A stretch of DNA of 63,924 nt, filler included, from Hausera hauseri (Eukaryota), in assembly GCA_046269625.1 (NCBI GenBank). It is 10 parts of 10 records of this genome, joined end to end, with 100 filler letters (N's around TTAATTAATTAA, not from the genome) between each part and the next. Parts side by side here need not be neighbours in the genome. Positions count along the whole stretch, not along the records: positions 4,578 to 17,336 come from JBJURY010016676.1; positions 17,437 to 24,097 come from JBJURY010077659.1; 8 more parts are not named here. One strand, written 5' to 3'. This document shows positions 12,880 to 24,197 of the stretch, piece by piece; within the stretch, counting starts at the first letter, position 1, and each line of letters opens with the position of its first letter. The translations under genes and the position numbers were made by a program. The notes under the pieces are model-generated. The model saw only the letters and a list, made by a program, of their open reading frames with translations. It did not search any database and had not been told where the DNA came from.

Positions 12880-14301
12880 GACCGGTATCATACGCACAGA
12901 TAATAGTAGACTTATCGTTGATTGCTGTCCTAACGCCTAAGTATAACGCACAATGGTGGGTCGATGAAACTTCGTTGAGCGATATATATGGAATCAAGAA
13001 AATCAAATTAAAACCTTCACCGCCAAGGGAGGGAACTTCTGAATACAAATCGGAACAAAAAGACGAAAAATTTTTATGAGCAATAAAATTAGATTATTTT
13101 TCGCCAGAAGCTCCATGTGTAGGGTTTAGGATACCAGGACCATATGAGGGGCAAATCCAGATACTATTCCATGACCTATTAAACCAAGCCGAGTCTGATT
13201 GTAAATTCGAGCCAGAAGACGATACAATTTGCTGCAACTTAAAGTACGGACACACTTACGCCCTCAGTTATCGTTTATATTTGTCAAACTGCAATAATGT
13301 GCACGCCGAAATAAACCTGAATTCACGTTTATTTATACCACGAACTTATGGAGACTACCTTAATATAGAGCTAGAAAACATGCTCCAGTCCACCGATCCA
13401 ATAAAACGGATGCTAGAAGAAAATATAGCTAATATAACGGAAAACCAAAAGGACAACTGTATCCAAATAAACACAAAAGGACGGTTAATTAAAGGACGAG
13501 TAAACACGATTCAATTTATGAGAGAGGACAAAGCAGCTCATAATCAACAGTACTGTCAAATTGACGCCGGAAGGCCGAATAAGTGTTGTAAGTTACCTCA
13601 AAGTTATAAATATAGAATTCGGTTAGACTTATATGAAGTTCGACCGAACCAGTCGAGTATTTACCTAGGAAGTTATCAATTGGAAAGCCCAATTGGGAAA
13701 ACTCCACCTGAGATGACAAAAAGCAAAATTACGACTACAAAAACGAATATGACCACTTCTACATCCACCAAAATCATCCAAACAAGTGGTTTGTCTCAGA
13801 AGAATCTGGAAACGATTCCTATAAAATATCGGACACAGCAACATAAAATAACATTCATTGTGGAAGAAGCACTTAATTATGACATAGAAATAAGCTGCCA
13901 AACATTACATAATAACCAGAAAGTAACACTGGCTAAAGGTACCTATCAAATCAAATGTACCTACTTGAAACCCAAAACAGACTACATAATACAAATAGGT
14001 GCAGAGAACAGACAAAGTAGAACGCTTACGGTACGGACCCTAAACGAGATTGTCTTAACGAAACCACTAACTAACAAGGAAACGGAAGACAAAACTACGA
14101 CTACCACTAAAACGAAAAACCTAACTAAATGGACAACTCTCAATAATATTGATTATTGGATCGTCAACGTTTGCTCTCATAACTTTTGTTGCGTTTTTCC
14201 GATTTATTACCAAAAACTGCTGTAATAAGCGTCATAAAATCACCGAGAGGGAATTAAGGGTAATGGTACCGCAGGATGGAATCAATTATGGAGTAACCTG
14301 A
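12880..14301 (+). pseudogene. Integrase-fused type I membrane protein (signal peptide, two Cys domains, Thr-rich stalk, FN3-like domain, TM, short tail)
   Basis: YAQIIVDLSLIAVL in frame with IN; PCVGFR...ICCNLKY; CIQI...YC...KCCKLP; TTTKTNMTTSTST; YLKPKTDYIIQIGAEN...TVRT; hydrophobic segment ~14140-14210; ends ...YGVT-TGA. Confidence 0.72.
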
Positions 14302-14307
14302 CAATTA
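14299..14307 (+). promoter_or_regulatory. Putative stop-codon readthrough signal TGA-CAA-TTA (stop-CAR-YYA)
   Basis: Same context (TGA CAA CTA) at 20471-20479 and 45318-45310; matches the tobamovirus-type stop-CARYYA motif. Confidence 0.55.
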
Positions 14308-14384
14308 CAGGTCGGGTTATTCCACCATAAAACAAAGAATTGGTTCAGATTTAGAACAATACTTTGTTATAGGATATAACCTTA

Positions 14385-14399
14385 TTTTTTGTCTTTCAG
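14385..14399 (+). promoter_or_regulatory. Putative splice acceptor (polypyrimidine-TTTCAG) just before the ORF4 ATG
   Basis: TTTTTTGTCTTTCAG-A-ATG; equivalent TTTTTCAG at 20564-20571 and at 45238-45228 (minus). Confidence 0.55.
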
Positions 14400-14980
14400 A
14401 ATGGTAAGTACAGATAGCCGCATTAGTATCGACGAGTATTTACGGAGACAAGTTACAGTGTTTATTTCGAACGCAAAATCTATCTATAGAAGGATAACTG
14501 AAGCATTGCAGGCAAAAACCTATGCCGAATTTTCGAAAACCAATGAAATTCCCAATGATCTAAAAGGTATTATAGAGGAAAATCGCACAGTCTTCCTTTA
14601 CGCAATGCGCGAAGGTAACCAAGATAAAGCATATTCCCTAAAGGAATTAATCCGAAACAGACTAGCCAAAATTCAAGACATACATCCATTTAGCCTACGG
14701 AGAAATATATTATAGAATAGAAAACCAACCCTGGAACTCCAACGAAGGACATCAATACCGGTTCAGTACATTTAAAATAAATGGAAGAGGTTTAGAACAT
14801 ATCAATTACAGCCTAGAATTTAGAGTAGCTGCCCTTCCTGTCAAACTTATGATCGCAGTGACCTCCAGAGAAGATTGTAACTTACAGTTGCCGCCCTTAG
14901 AATTTGAGCAAATTCCAACTGAAACAGAAAAGGATGAACATCACCAATCATATAGACTAGTCTAAGACGGTCGCAACGTA

Positions 14981-15470
14981 AGAATCATCGCGATAAACTG
15001 TGGCAGAGAAAATGATGGATATGGAATACCCATAGAAGTATCTATTAGGGAGAGAGACGGGATCGAAATATACTCTACAATCATAAATCCCCGAAAACGT
15101 GTCCAAGAATCGTATGCGGAAGTGACCGGTTTAAGGAAAAAGCAGCTCACAGGAGGAAAGGACATTAAGCAAGTCCGTTCAGAATTGGATCATTGCCTTT
15201 ACGGTTGTATGTTAACAGGATATAACGTGCAACGATCAATCCAGCTACTAGAAATATCCGATGCAAATATTGCCGGAATAAGGGAAATGGCCACTCACCC
15301 AATAATCCAAAAACAGATGGAGAGAACCGTGCAAGGAAGAAATCATGCACGACCAACCGCTCCAAAAGTCTTCTTTAAGTTAATGATCGAAGCAATGAGC
15401 AATGACTCGAGTAGAATTCAAAGACTTTTAACGGCTAGCCAACGCTCCAAATATTTGAAAGAAATTTATA
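14981..15470 (+). other. ISG20/REX4-like DEDDh 3'-5' exonuclease fold lacking its catalytic acidic residues
   Basis: RIIAINCG...EVSI...IYSTIINPRKRVQESYAEVTGL...L..G.DIKQVRSEL...L.G.MLTGY...IREMATHP...ASQRSKYLKEIY tracks the REX4 pattern VA.DCE...RVSI...YVKP...V.DYRT..SGI...ILVGH...D...RDT...H.SVEDA.A.M.LY. Confidence 0.65.
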
Positions 15471-16463
15471 AACCATTAAAGTGGGAACATGAATGGGTCC
15501 CTAGAAACCCCTTATACAATTTACGCAGTTCCCTGAAGCCCGAACAAATAGATACAAGATATAGAAGGAATATCAAACTCTACTCTCCGACCAGAACTGT
15601 CCAGTCGATGGGCAGGCATAGTCTTACGATCGCCGTGCTAAAACCTATGGAAGGACAAGAGGAAAATAAAACGGAATTACAAACGATCGAAAAAGGAAAC
15701 AAAATACTCAATAGAACGTCAAAGTCTCTAGAAGAAAACAAAGAAGAACTGAGGCCGGAAACAATAATAAAGAAGCAGAAATTAGAAGAAAAGCCCCAGT
15801 CCAATAAAACGCAATCTATTTACAACTACTTATTCAAGAAAAAAAGAAAAGACGAGAAGCTAAAAGATGAAAACCAACAAATCGAACCAAGTACCTCTCA
15901 GAAGGTCAAATCCGTAGAGAAAAAAATCAGTGAACCTATGATAACCGAAGTCAATGTCCTTTTAGGAAAAAAGACCGAAAGAAATGTCCACTGTAAAACA
16001 ACTCAGGACTCATCAAGAATGTTAATAACCACAGAATATTGAAGTAAGAAAATGATTAAGGAAGCTATGTTCTATATCAAAGTTGTCCCAGCAAGAGAAG
16101 TTTTCGAAAACACTTATGTATGGGAAAATCCTAAGTTGGGAAATTACATTACCTCCGTCTTCCGCTCAAAAAGAACGGGAAAGTTAATAGTACCAGTAGG
16201 TAAACAAATCCGGATATTACTAAAAAAAACAGTATCAACGATATCGAGTAGAAAGGAAGATCCCGGATTTAGACCAAGACTTTATGGTGGATTGGACCCT
16301 AGTGCAAGTAAGCTGCGATCAAAGAAAAAGTTCCATTAACCCTAAGCAGAAGGTAATTCATGGATACCTTTATCAAGACGGGGATGGTCTTATATTCGAG
16401 CCTATTGAATTAACAATCCAAGTTGACTTAGATCGAGATGATTGGGACAAGGAAGAAAATGAA

Positions 16464-16593
16464 TGCCGTGTGCGATGTCAACCTGAGACAAGGCTATGTG
16501 GTCTTGGATAACAAGATTTGCCGCCACAAATACTGTCGGGATTGTTTGGAGAAGTGGACACTCGACAATGGAAAAACAACATGTCCGGTATGT
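16464..16593 (+). other. C3HC4 RING finger (frameshift within the first Cys pair)
   Basis: C.VC...CRHKYCRDC...W...TCPVC; intact in the copy at 43706-43840. Confidence 0.88.
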
Positions 16594-16815
16594 CGAGCGG
16601 AGGCTACGGATCTGGAATATTATTCTGATGGAAGTTACACCTGAGTCGTTCGTATTAAGCCCTACCACAGTTATGATCTAGAGACGAACCCTTTAATAAG
16701 CCAAACCAACCGGATTCCCAAACTGATTTACGAGAGAGGATGGATCGATTAAGGCGACCAAGGACATTAGGCGCCACCTCTTCTGACGCAATAGGCTCCT
16801 TCGAGGATGCCGCTC

Positions 16816-16827
16816 AGGGAGCAGAGA
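16816..16827 (+). promoter_or_regulatory. Polypurine tract
   Basis: AGGGAGCAGAGA followed by TGT; equivalents at 23117-23128 and 43494-43483. Confidence 0.8.
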
Positions 16828-17336
16828 TGTAATAAACCAGATTATGATTGGTGAAAATATTTTTAATTCAGACCGTAATGATTGAAATGTAAATGTAAAT
16901 TTATTTATAGGTTATTTATGAAATTGTCGGCTCATTTTAGAATAGTACTAGAATATGCGATCGTTTATGACTAACAAATAATTGTAAAAATATTTATGAT
17001 TGAATTGTAATGCAAAAGAATGCAAATATATTTAGAAATATTGTAAATAAATTAATGGAGTTCCAGACTTGCTACTATATAAGCAGATTCTAAAACGACC
17101 AAATTGAACCAGATGTGAACAGGTTAACCAGTTGTTGACCTTAAAGTCAGAATCAAATCGAATTGTGCTAATTGACGATATTAGTTATATTCGGAATTAT
17201 TCGACTACTCCTGACGTGTTATTTCTTGTGTGGAATAATGAAGGTTATTTGTATTTTGTCGTTAATATTCCCTATATAGTTTGCATCGTCTCTTAAAGAT
17301 GATTTGACTACATTAAGGGTAAAATCAGAATTAATC
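16828..17336 (+). repeat. 3' LTR, truncated by the contig end
   Basis: TG start after the PPT, AT-rich, TATATAA box near 17076. Confidence 0.75.
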
Positions 17337-17436
17337 NNNNNNNNNNNNNNNNNNNNNNNNNNNNNNNNNNNNNNNNNNNNTTAATTAATTAANNNNNNNN
17401 NNNNNNNNNNNNNNNNNNNNNNNNNNNNNNNNNNNN

Positions 17437-19080
17437 AAGAAAGCCGAAAAGAATTATTCCGTTACTGAATTAGAAACCCTAGCCGTTAAAGAAGCACTTC
17501 GGCATTTTAATGTTTACATATACGGACACAAAATTATAATTTTTACTGATCATAAAGCCGTCACGACTTTAAAAGGACCAGCAAATAATCCGACGTGTAG
17601 ACTTAACAGATGGATTGAAGAAATTTCTAGATACAATATCGAATTTCAGTATAAACCTGGAAACAAGCACGTAGATGCTGATGCACTGTCGAGGTTAAAA
17701 ATTAAGACGAGTACAATTACTGTTATGAAGAAAACTCAGCTCAAGGAAATAATAGATCGCCAACGTGCCATAACACTGGATAAAGCAATTAAAATCGCAG
17801 CAGAACGAAAAAGGATAAGGTTATTCAGCAGATTATAGAATTTACAAAAAGGGACATCATACCAAAAGGATGACAACTAAAGAAACAGTTACACCGGAAC
17901 GGGCATAAATACTGTCTTAAATGGCAAAGGCAATGAAGATATTTTATATTACGAACGAAATGGAAGAAAATTGATAGTTATTCCAAAAGGTTTACGAACC
18001 GAAGTTTTAATGGCAGAACACGACTCATATTTAGCAAGACACATGTCATGGAAAAAGACATAGGAAAGTATATAGAATAAATACTTTTGGCCCAGTATCT
18101 ATATTGATGTGAAGAACTGGGTAAATGCTTGTGAGGTATGTGCGACTAAACAGAAAAAGACGAAAAATTACATGGCGGAACTGAAACTAATCAACGTACC
18201 AGATAGACCCATGCAAGCCATGTCAATGAATATCGTAGGACCCATAAGAATAATAAATATATCTTACCCTGTATTGATCGTCTAACTCATTTTGTCGAAT
18301 TTGTAGCTTTGATTGACCAAAAGGCAGAAACTTTGGCGGAGGCTGTAGTGAGAAGAATTATTTGTAGATATGGACCTCCAGATCAAATATTAACAGATCG
18401 AGGAAGAAATTTCACAAGTGAACTATTTGAGAAAATTATTAAAATATTTGAGATTGAGCAGTTAACTACTACCGCATACCATCCTCAATGTAATGAAATG
18501 GTTGAACGGATGAACGCAACCGTCATACGCATATTATCCACAGTGGTAGACAAAGACCAAAAAATTGGGACGAATTTTTAGAAGGAACTCAATTTTCCAT
18601 CAATACTATACCACATCCAGCGACAGGATTTACACCGTTATTCATGATGTATGGACGTGAAGTTGTATTGCCCACAGATTTAGGAATGACACCATACACA
18701 GTAAACCCCGAAGAGTTAGAACAAAATTTTGCAGAAGTGCTACAGACACGACTACACAAATGTTGGAAAATTGCCAAAGAATTATCGCAAGAATATCAAG
18801 AACAGTTTAAAAGCAATATGATAAGAAAGCGAAGTTAGACGATTTAGAACAAGGAAATTTGGTTTATATTCATTACTCAGTAGCTAAGAAAGGTACGTCG
18901 TTAAAACTGACTCGTACAGACAGAGAACCGTATGAAGTTGCTAAAGTTACGTCAACTACGGTGCACATCAACAAAAATGGAAAAGAAATCATATCAGTAC
19001 AGAGAGTCGTTAAGACAGAAATACGGCCCAATAAACGTTACAACTTACGACAACCCGAGACAAAAACTTCTTCAATAATT
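17437..19080 (+). pseudogene. pol: RNaseH-integrase portion of pol
   Basis: NYSVTELETLAV, TDHKA, DADALSR, HDSYLARH...CEVC, LTDRGRNFTS, YHPQCN.MVER. Confidence 0.95.
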
Positions 19081-20473
19081 ACTAGACCGATTTCATACGT
19101 TCAGATAGTTTTAGTACTGTCGTTAATTGCTTCGTATATCCCAAAGGCACAAACTCAATGGTCGGACGACGAAACTACGCTAGAAGACGTATATGGAATC
19201 CGGAAGAGCGGATTAAAACGGAAAACCGTCGTAGTGGAAAAGAAGCCAACGCCCGAAGAAATCCAAAAACCAGAAGACAATTTTTGACAAACAATGAAGG
19301 CTCAATACTTTTCGCCAGATGCTGTGTGTCGGATTCAAACTCGGAGACCACATCACGATTTTGGGAAATTCCAAGTAGTGATGCATGATAAGGCAGGGAA
19401 CGAAATCAAAAACTGTGATTTCGAACTAGGAGATTATACACAATGCTGTGACGTAAACTACGGATGCACGTAAATCCTTAATTACCAATTAAATCTAGCA
19501 GACTCACCTGAAGTCTACGTAGAAGTAGACCCAGAGCTCCAATTAATTATGCCAACATTAGCCCGACGATTCGAAATAAAACTCGACGAAATGCTACAAT
19601 CCACCGACCAAAATATAAGGCGATTAAATAAAAATATCAAAGGGATCTCAGTTAATAATAAAAAACAATGCATCCAAGTAGATGCTCGAACGGGATTAAC
19701 TCTGAGTCAAGAAATTAGCATTGTTTTCGAAGCAGTAAACGGAAAACTCCGAAAATAGAATACTGCTCTGTTCATGCCGGTGTGCAACACCTGTGTTGTA
19801 AGCTACCAGTAAACCAAGAATTCAAAATAAAATTTGACTTATATGAAGTATGACCGAATAAACCGAGCAAGCACTTGCGAACGTATTATCCAGAAAATAA
19901 AGTATGGAGAATTTCAATAGAAACGACGACCAAAAGGCCGACCACTCGAGTTAGTACCATTATGAAAATCGTTACATCAAGCCGTGTACCCAAAAGAGAA
20001 TTAGAAAGTATACCTATTAAATATTCGGCACACCGATTTAAAATTGTGTTCTTCGTAGAAAAACTAAATTACGATATACTTATAAGCTGCCGAACAACGT
20101 ATAATAATCAAATAGTAACATTATTTAAGAAGACTTACCAGACAGAATTCAATTTGTTAAAACCACAATACGATTACATAGTACAAGTATATGCAGAAAA
20201 TAAGCAAAACCAAACAATTACATTGCGTACCTTAGATGAAATTCGTGCAGAATCGCATATATACGAAAACAGACGATGAAATCACAAGCACCAATGGGAT
20301 TAACCATTTTACCGATCGTGTCCACTTTTGTACTATCAACATTTTTTCTCATTATATTAATTGCGATTTTTCGGTTAGTTGCCAAAAATTGTTATTCTAA
20401 GCGTCCTAAAACTACAGAATGGGAATTAAGGGAATTGAAAACCCCTATCGGTCCATATGATAAAATAACCTGA
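19080..20473 (+). pseudogene. Integrase-fused type I membrane protein
   Basis: YVQIVLVLSLIASY signal; Cys domains; NLLKPQYDYIVQVYAEN...TLRT FN3-like; TM ILPIVSTFVLSTFFLIILIAIF; tail ends YDKIT-TGA. Confidence 0.75.
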
Positions 20474-20587
20474 CAACTACAAAGCTGGTTATTCTATCAT
20501 CAAATGAAGAATTGCTTTTATTTCTAGACCATCCCTTATTGTAAGAGTAATCCTTACTGTTTATTTTTCAGATTAAAGAGTATTCAC

Positions 20588-22950
20588 ATGGCCGAACGAT
20601 ATAGTATCGACAACCAACCAAAAGGAACCAGTCAAAAACGTCGATATAGTATCGACGAGTTTCTTCAGAAATATGCCGCCGTCTTCCTCCCAAATTCCAA
20701 GTCCATATATCGAGAAATTCATAACGAATTGCATGAGAAAACTTTTGTGAAGTACGATCAGATTAGTAGAATTCATAACAATCTAAAAGGTATTCTGGAA
20801 GAAAATAGAACTGTCTCTCTCTACGTCATGCGAGAAGACAAGGACGCCCGAGCATACACCCTCAAATATTTATATCCACCTGGAGGACAGTGAGATATAC
20901 TATCGATTCAAATATCAAGAATGGAACGCTAAAAACGAAAGGTAATACAGATTTAACATCCTTAGCCTACGTAGCGGAAATTTATAGCACTATGAATTAG
21001 AATTTCGAGTAGCCGCCCTTCCTGCAAAATTGATGTTCGAGGTGACTTGCCACGATTACCCCTATATCCAACTATCACCTTTGAAATTCTATCAACAACC
21101 GTCAGAAAAGCATTTGGACACATTCTTACAATCGTGTAGACTAGTGCAAGATGCCCGAAATACAAGAATCATAGCAACCAATTGTGGACAAGGGAATGAC
21201 GCGCAAAGGATTCCAATGGAAGTCTCAATGCGAGAAACAAGAGAAACAGAAGTATATTGTACGATTATTAGCCCGCGAAAACGCGTTCGCGAGACATACT
21301 ACGATACGACAGGAATTCGCAAAGAAACGCTTCCGAGAGGCAGAGACATCAAACTTGTCCAGGCAGAGTTAGAACACTGCTATATGGATATATCCTAGCT
21401 GGATATCGTATCGATAGGATTATCGAGCTCTTAGAGATACCCCGCTCAAGCATCGTAGGAACGCGTGAGATAGGGACACACCCAGTAGTCGCCGAACAGA
21501 CTAAACGAATATTGCGAGAAAGAAATTACCCTATGCCAAAAGTTATGGATGCCTATTTTAAGTTAATAGTTGACGCCATGAACAGCGAACGCGTTAAGAT
21601 TAGCAAATTGTTGACTGTAAGCCAACGTACCCAATACTTACGCGATATTTATGTAGCTTTAAAATTGGACCATGAGTGGACACCCAGTAATCCAGAACAA
21701 AATTTACGAAGTCCATCAAATCCGGACACTATAAGCAAAAAGTATCGGAAGCAGTATCGTTCGTATTCCCGTGCAGAGTCGTTGAAACTATGGGACAGGA
21801 CGATATCAAAATAACTATTCACAAATCAGATAGAATGAGTACCGATTTTCCCAGCACCAGTCGTAGTTCTCATACTAAATCTAATTTACCCATCAAGAGA
21901 CCAAGTCCAAAACAGGAATCAATAATAAAGGAAATAACCACAGTTGAGACCTTTAAGGTTCCACAAGTTCCCCAAAAAAGACAGAAAATTAAGATACAAA
22001 CTCCAGCAGTTAAAAGAAAAACATCCTTCTAGGAATACTTGTTTAGGAAGAAAAACAAAGGAACGAGCTCAACCCAAGTACAAGAAGACCGAACCAGTAA
22101 AAGGAACGAAGAACCCGAAAATTCAGAGATAGCAAGAAAAATTCCAACGACATCTGCAAATAACCTGACGACAATTCAAGTTCCAGAAAAACCCAAGAGA
22201 TCGATACAGAAATACAATGACCCAAAAGGCCGATTTATACAGCTATTCACGGAAATAAATTCGCTTAGGAAAATGAACTCTCAGGTAGATGTACATTTTA
22301 CAACAACTAAAGATTACCCAAAAATGCTAGTAACTACCGAATATTATAGTCACAGGAAAATCAAAGAAGCCATGTTTTTCGTAAAGATGACACAAGCAAG
22401 AGAAGTTTATGAAAACACCTACATTTGGGAAAACTCTAAAATAGGAAAGTATATCGCCCCCATCTTTTAGTCGAAAAGAAAAGGCAAGTTAACCGTACCA
22501 GTAGACAAACAAATAAAAACCTTGCTAAAGGAAAAATATCAGAGGTATAAAAATGATGGTTAAATTCCCGATTTAGATCGAGATACCACTGCTGATTGAA
22601 TATTAGTACCAGTAGTTTATGACCCTAGAAAAAGTTCCGTAAATCATAAGCAAGATAATCCATGGTTACCTATACCAAGATAAAGAGGGTCTCATATTCG
22701 AACCCATCGAACTCATAATAGGAGTAGATTTAGACAACGAAAAATGGGATAAAGAAGAAAATGAATTCCCAGTATGTGAAGCGAATCTCAGTCAAGGATA
22801 CGTCGTTCTAGACAACCGCGATTTCCGACATAAATATTGCCGAGATTGTTTGGAAAAATGGACTCTAGACAATGGAAAAACTACATGTCCCGTGTGTAGA
22901 GCCGAGGCGACCGAATTAAAATATTTTTCGAATGGTAGTTATACCCGTGT
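20588..22950 (+). pseudogene. ORF4 (inactive DEDDh exonuclease fold ~21165-21655; RING ~22765-22897)
   Basis: RIIATNCG...EVSM...IISPRKRV...TTGI; RHKYCRDCLEKW...TCPVC. Confidence 0.72.
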
Positions 22951-23128
22951 AGTCCGAAAAAACCCCATTACAGTTATGAATTGGAAACAAATCCCCGAGA
23001 AACTCAGCCAAATACGGACTCAGAAGTAAACTTATATCGACGGACAAATCTCCTAAGACAACCACGATATGGCGTCACCTCTCCTGATGCAGTGGGCACA
23101 TCCGATGATGCCGCTCAGGGAGGAGAAA

Positions 23129-23726
23129 CGTTGTAAAGATGTCCAATGTTGTAAGATGTCCAGAAATTGTAAATACTGTTATAAGCAGCAAATACTGTTA
23201 TTGTAAATAATTATTATTTTATGATATTTTCTCATTAATGTACAAACTTAGGAATTTGTACAAATATAAAGAAGGAAATTAGTAATAATTCGGTATATTT
23301 TTAGAATTTTCGGAAAAGGCGTTGAATTTATATTAATTTTTAAATCTGAAAAATCAGTTAAAAACTGTTTATAATTCTGAATAATCAGTCACGTACGCAG
23401 TACAGTCTTGTATATATACAGCAGAAAAAGAAATTAAAAATTGTTGAGAAGTCGAAAAGTATTAAGAAGTATTGAGTTGAGAAATTAAATTGATAATTGA
23501 AAACCTTTTGAAGCCAGATTTGCAAGTTGCTAAGGATCATTGAAGTTGGGAAGCAAATTCAGATTGAATTCGAGAAAACGACTGATTTGGTTCGATACTG
23601 TGGTGTATCCAGTAATTGTTTTGTTGTAAAATATACTTATTATTTTAAAATTCTTATATAATTTTTCATTGCCCCATAAGGGTGATTAGACTACACGAAG
23701 GTCTAAAATTCTACGGTAAATTAACA
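23129..23726 (+). repeat. 3' LTR (~600 bp)
   Basis: Follows PPT AGGGAGGAGAAA; starts CGTT (TGTT with a T>C change) and ends TTAACA; TATA-like box at ~23411. The right end is inferred. Confidence 0.65.
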
Positions 23727-23927
23727 TGGTTAAGACGATAATTTTTGTTAACATTTTGCACAGAACCACAAGCGAGTACCAGTACTACTGATTAAACTAT
23801 TTCTTATAAGGCACAATCTGTCTAATCAATAACGATACACCTTACTTGTATTAAGATACTCAAATCTTAAGTGTAATTATTGTTATATAGTGGGAGTTGT
23901 ATAAGGGCCACCATAATATATAACATT

Positions 23928-23945
23928 TGGCGACCCTAGCAGGAC
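23928..23945 (+). promoter_or_regulatory. Primer-binding site of another LTR element (tRNA-Arg-like) directly after an LTR end
   Basis: ...ATATAACA-TT-TGGCGACCCTAGCAGGAC; TGG start 2 nt after a CA end. Confidence 0.6.
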
Positions 23946-24197
23946 AGATTAGTGCCTCGTTAGACTTCAGCTGAAAGTTAATTAAAACGACATACCGGCG
24001 ATGAGCGCCACTCAGATTTAACCGCCTTTGAGCGAACCGATAAGTTTAAAATACCTCTTGTGAAAACTCAAGTTAATAAGGTAAATTTTACGACTAANNN
24101 NNNNNNNNNNNNNNNNNNNNNNNNNNNNNNNNNNNNNNNNNTTAATTAATTAANNNNNNNNNNNNNNNNNNNNNNNNNNNNNNNNNNNNNNNNNNNN

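Larger units (their letters stand above)
14401..16644 (+). pseudogene. ORF4: N-terminal domain, inactive DEDDh exonuclease fold, Lys-rich linker, conserved domain, C3HC4 RING
   Basis: Fragments colinear with 20588-22950 and 45217-43650. Confidence 0.7.
4578..17336 (+). mobile_element. Large env-bearing Ty3/Gypsy LTR retroelement, the most complete copy (5' end and distal 3' LTR cut by contig ends)
   Basis: Co-oriented coiled-coil/UBL ORF, glycoprotein, PR-RT-RH-IN, surface protein, exonuclease-like/RING ORF, PPT and TG-start LTR. Colinear with the copies at 17437-23726, 31401-35920 and 42790-51449. Confidence 0.93.
17437..23726 (+). mobile_element. Second copy of the env-bearing Gypsy family (RNaseH to 3' LTR)
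   Basis: Colinear and clearly homologous to 11300-17336. Confidence 0.93.
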
